Source: Thermodesulfobacteriota bacterium (lineage in GTDB: Bacteria; Desulfobacterota; Binatia; Bin18). From it: 64,000 bases of DNA. The notes beneath the pieces were generated by a model, which saw only the letters and a list, made by a program, of their open reading frames with translations, had not been told where the DNA came from and made no database searches. The stretch spans positions 1,504,001-1,568,000 of the forward strand of contig OZ219926.1 in assembly GCA_964291405.2 (NCBI GenBank), written 5' to 3'. Shown here in pieces: positions 61,584-64,000 of this stretch (the first letter of the stretch is position 1; the number at the start of each line of letters is the position of its first letter). The position numbers and the translations under genes were made by a program.

Positions 61584-63374
61584 TTAGAGTGTGGCCCGGA
61601 GGTCGGTCAGGAAGCCCTGAATGACCTGAAAGCCTCGATCCCAGAATTCAGGCTGATTGATATCTATACGCATCTGCGCCAAGGCGTGTTCCGGCCGCTG
61701 TGAGCCGCCGCTTTCCAAGAGATGTAAATAACCAGGCACAAAGTCTTCCCCCTGGTCGAGATAGCGCTGATACAGGGCCAGGGTGAGTAGCTCGCCGAAC
61801 GGGTAGGAATAACAGTAAAATCGGCTGTGAATAAAATGCGGAATATACGACCAGCCCCAGCGATAGACGGGCAACAGCTCAACGCTCTCGCCAAAGAGCT
61901 TGCCCTGTTCGGTCAGCCACAGCTCGCACAGATCGTCGGCGCTGAGTGGCCCGTCCCGGCGCTTGGTATGCGCCGCCATCTCGAAGCGGGTCAGGGCGGT
62001 TTGTCGGAAGACCGTGCCGTACATTTCCTCCAAGACCTCGCACAGCAGGGCGCGACGCGTGTCCGGCTGCTCGGCCTTATCCAGCAGATGCCGGGTCAAA
62101 ACGATTTCCGCGAAGACCGAGGCTGTCTCCGCAAGCACCAGGGGAGCGTCGTAGTGCAGGAATTTCTGACGTCGCGCCAAAAGGTCATGAATACCGTGGC
62201 CCAACTCATGGGCCAGCGTCGAGACGGCGCGTCCGGTGCCGGTATAGCTGCACAACACATACGGGTGGTGGGCAGGTGACAGGGCGGCACAAAAAGCGCC
62301 GCCGCGTTTCCCCGCCCGGACTTCGGCATCAATCCACCTGTTCTGGAAAAACTCCTCGGCCAGGGCTGCAAACTGTTCGTTAAAATTCCCGAAGGCCGTC
62401 AGGATCAAATCCCGAGCTTCCGCGAAGGAGATTTCCTCTGCCTCGGTTTCAATCGGCGCGTACAAGTCCGTATTCTTGAGGCGTTGAACTCCAAGCAATT
62501 CCGCCTTCAGCCGAAAATATTCCTGGACCAATGGATAATGGCGTTCGACTGCCTGCATCATCGCCTCGACCGTTGGAGGGGCAATCTCATTCGACAAGTG
62601 GGTAGGTAGAGTCACATCGTCGTACTGACGCTGCTCGCACTCAATTTTATGATCGAGCAGCAGATTGTTAAAAATCGAAGTCAGGACGAGCGCGTGCTGA
62701 GCATAGGTTTCTAAGAATATGGTCAGAGCCCGCTCACGCAGCTCGCCGTCCGGATGGCGCAGCAGCGCCATGATCTCACCGTCGGTGAGTAGGTGTTCTT
62801 CGCCGTCCCGTCTGAGCGGAAACCGGAGCGAGCCGCTGAGTTCGTCGAAGAGCTGCCGGAAGGCCTGTTTGCCCGACAGATTTTTACGGTTCAGGAGTTG
62901 CTCCTCTTTTTCACTCAACGTATGCGGCTTAAAGCGCCGGACCACTTCCAGATAGTGTTGATAGTCTTGCAACTCCGGGACGGTGAGGAGCTGGGCAAGC
63001 TGCTCGTCCGGTAACGCAATGAGTTCCAGAGAGAAGAAGACCAACAGGTTCTCAATACTGGTGGCGGCTTCGCGCGTGTGCTGAACAAGCTGCTGGGCCG
63101 ATTGGTTCTGGGTGTCAGCCGCAAACAGGAGCGAAGCATAAAAGGTGGGGCGGTGGCGGAGCTCGGTAATAGCTTCATACTCGACCAACGCCTGGGCAAG
63201 GGTCATCCCATCGATCTGTCCGCTTTCAATCCTACCCCGGTAGGTCTCGGCAAAGACTTCCGCCTGCCGGCGCGCCTCTACCAAGTCAGCCTCAAGCTGC
63301 GGATCGTCCGGGCTGGCATACAGTCCTCCCAGGTCCCAGCGTACGCCTTCTGCTTTGAGTCCGGATTGCTGCAT
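61584..63374 (-). CDS. pepF: M3B oligoendopeptidase F
   Basis: WDLGGLY, WIDA..GKRGGAF, HELGH zinc motif, LAETASVFAE, IPHF..FYCYSY. Confidence 0.93.
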   Translation of the reverse strand: MQQSGLKAEGVRWDLGGLYASPDDPQLEADLVEARRQAEVFAETYRGRIESGQIDGMTLAQALVEYEAITELRHRPTFYASLLFAADTQNQSAQQLVQHTREAATSIENLLVFFSLELIALPDEQLAQLLTVPELQDYQHYLEVVRRFKPHTLSEKEEQLLNRKNLSGKQAFRQLFDELSGSLRFPLRRDGEEHLLTDGEIMALLRHPDGELRERALTIFLETYAQHALVLTSIFNNLLLDHKIECEQRQYDDVTLPTHLSNEIAPPTVEAMMQAVERHYPLVQEYFRLKAELLGVQRLKNTDLYAPIETEAEEISFAEARDLILTAFGNFNEQFAALAEEFFQNRWIDAEVRAGKRGGAFCAALSPAHHPYVLCSYTGTGRAVSTLAHELGHGIHDLLARRQKFLHYDAPLVLAETASVFAEIVLTRHLLDKAEQPDTRRALLCEVLEEMYGTVFRQTALTRFEMAAHTKRRDGPLSADDLCELWLTEQGKLFGESVELLPVYRWGWSYIPHFIHSRFYCYSYPFGELLTLALYQRYLDQGEDFVPGYLHLLESGGSQRPEHALAQMRIDINQPEFWDRGFQVIQGFLTDLRATL

Positions 63375-63487
63375 ATCCCATCCTTTTTTCGGCTCACGCC
63401 TGTGGAGTGCGTCTACTCTTTCTCTGTCTTCTTGTATGTCTCCTCCAGACCTGTCAAGAATAGGGCAGGCATAAGGAGGGATGATTC

Positions 63488-63946
63488 ATGGTGACAAACG
63501 GTGTGTCCCATATTGCAGTTGGCGTGCGTGACATGGACGCCTCGTTGCGGTTTTATCGCGATCTGCTCGGCTTTGAGGTAGTCCGGGACGAAGTACAAGC
63601 AACCCAGGGAACGGTTCTGCCGGCCTTGTATAAAGAGCCGCACGACCAGCGGCGGGTGGCGACACTGTATTGGAAGAAAGGCCCACACGAGGCATTTTTG
63701 GTCTTATCCGAACATTCAGATAAGCCGGTCAGCGGTGAGCCGATTAAACTCGATCAGATTGGTATCCATCACTACGCCTTTTGGGTGGAGAATCTCCCCC
63801 AGGTCTATGAAGAATTGAAGGCCAAGGGCGCCGACTTTGTCGTGCCGCCGACTGTCACGAAAACAAAAGACGGTAACTTTAACAGTACCTTCCTGCGTGA
63901 CCCGGATGGCATTCTGGTTCAGCTTGACGAGTTGGTGGCAGACTAA
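63488..63946 (+). CDS. VOC/glyoxalase family protein
   Basis: HIAVGVRDMDASLRFYRDLLG, GIHHYAF, LRDPDGILVQLDE. Confidence 0.88.
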   Translation: MVTNGVSHIAVGVRDMDASLRFYRDLLGFEVVRDEVQATQGTVLPALYKEPHDQRRVATLYWKKGPHEAFLVLSEHSDKPVSGEPIKLDQIGIHHYAFWVENLPQVYEELKAKGADFVVPPTVTKTKDGNFNSTFLRDPDGILVQLDELVAD

Positions 63947-64000
63947 TCGACAACCGTAAGAGGTCCGCATGACACAACCATACGCGCTCACTATCGCCAC

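Noticed and set aside
63969-64000. Start of a further ORF (MTQPYALTIA...)
   Set aside because: Only 10 codons lie inside the window, too little to call.

Overview
A 64 kb bacterial chromosome window from a diderm (LPS-making) organism. It is probably a deltaproteobacteria-like or Binatota-type heterotroph; this is inferred from gene content and was not tested. The left third (1-20.1 kb, downstream of a tRNA-Ala gene) looks accessory. It holds an NtaA/DszA-type monooxygenase, a complete ectABCD cluster with an SSS transporter, a thiolase-like gene, a Cys-rich metal-handling operon (hupE/ureJ, DUF1636, small CxxxxC protein, COG0523 GTPase, FAD oxidoreductase with a CCxxxCxC tail, small membrane protein, WD40), hpaB-like, a single-chain acyl-CoA carboxylase and a GST-like gene. 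The middle holds the envelope operon lolC/E-lolD-bamA-skp-fabZ-lpxA-lpxI (no lpxD or lpxB), which ends in a large secreted YVTN beta-propeller gene, plus selB. The right half mixes core genes (proS, pyrF, ftsB, eno, ABC-F, pepF) with catabolic and redox genes (3 more LLM oxidoreductases, 2 Glu/Leu/Phe/Val dehydrogenases, an ACAD pair, a TPP enzyme, AcuI). Best leads: (1) the metal operon, which contains a 1.4 kb insert flanked by a 29 bp direct repeat; (2) a perfect 17 bp inverted repeat bracketing the ectA upstream region (possible invertible promoter); (3) a PPOX-class flavin/F420 protein with a signal peptide; (4) a standalone 68 aa Cys-rich gene; (5) a HigB-start/HigA-body fusion. No CRISPR array, rRNA, integrase or transposase was seen. 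All calls come from reading motifs by eye, with no database searches.
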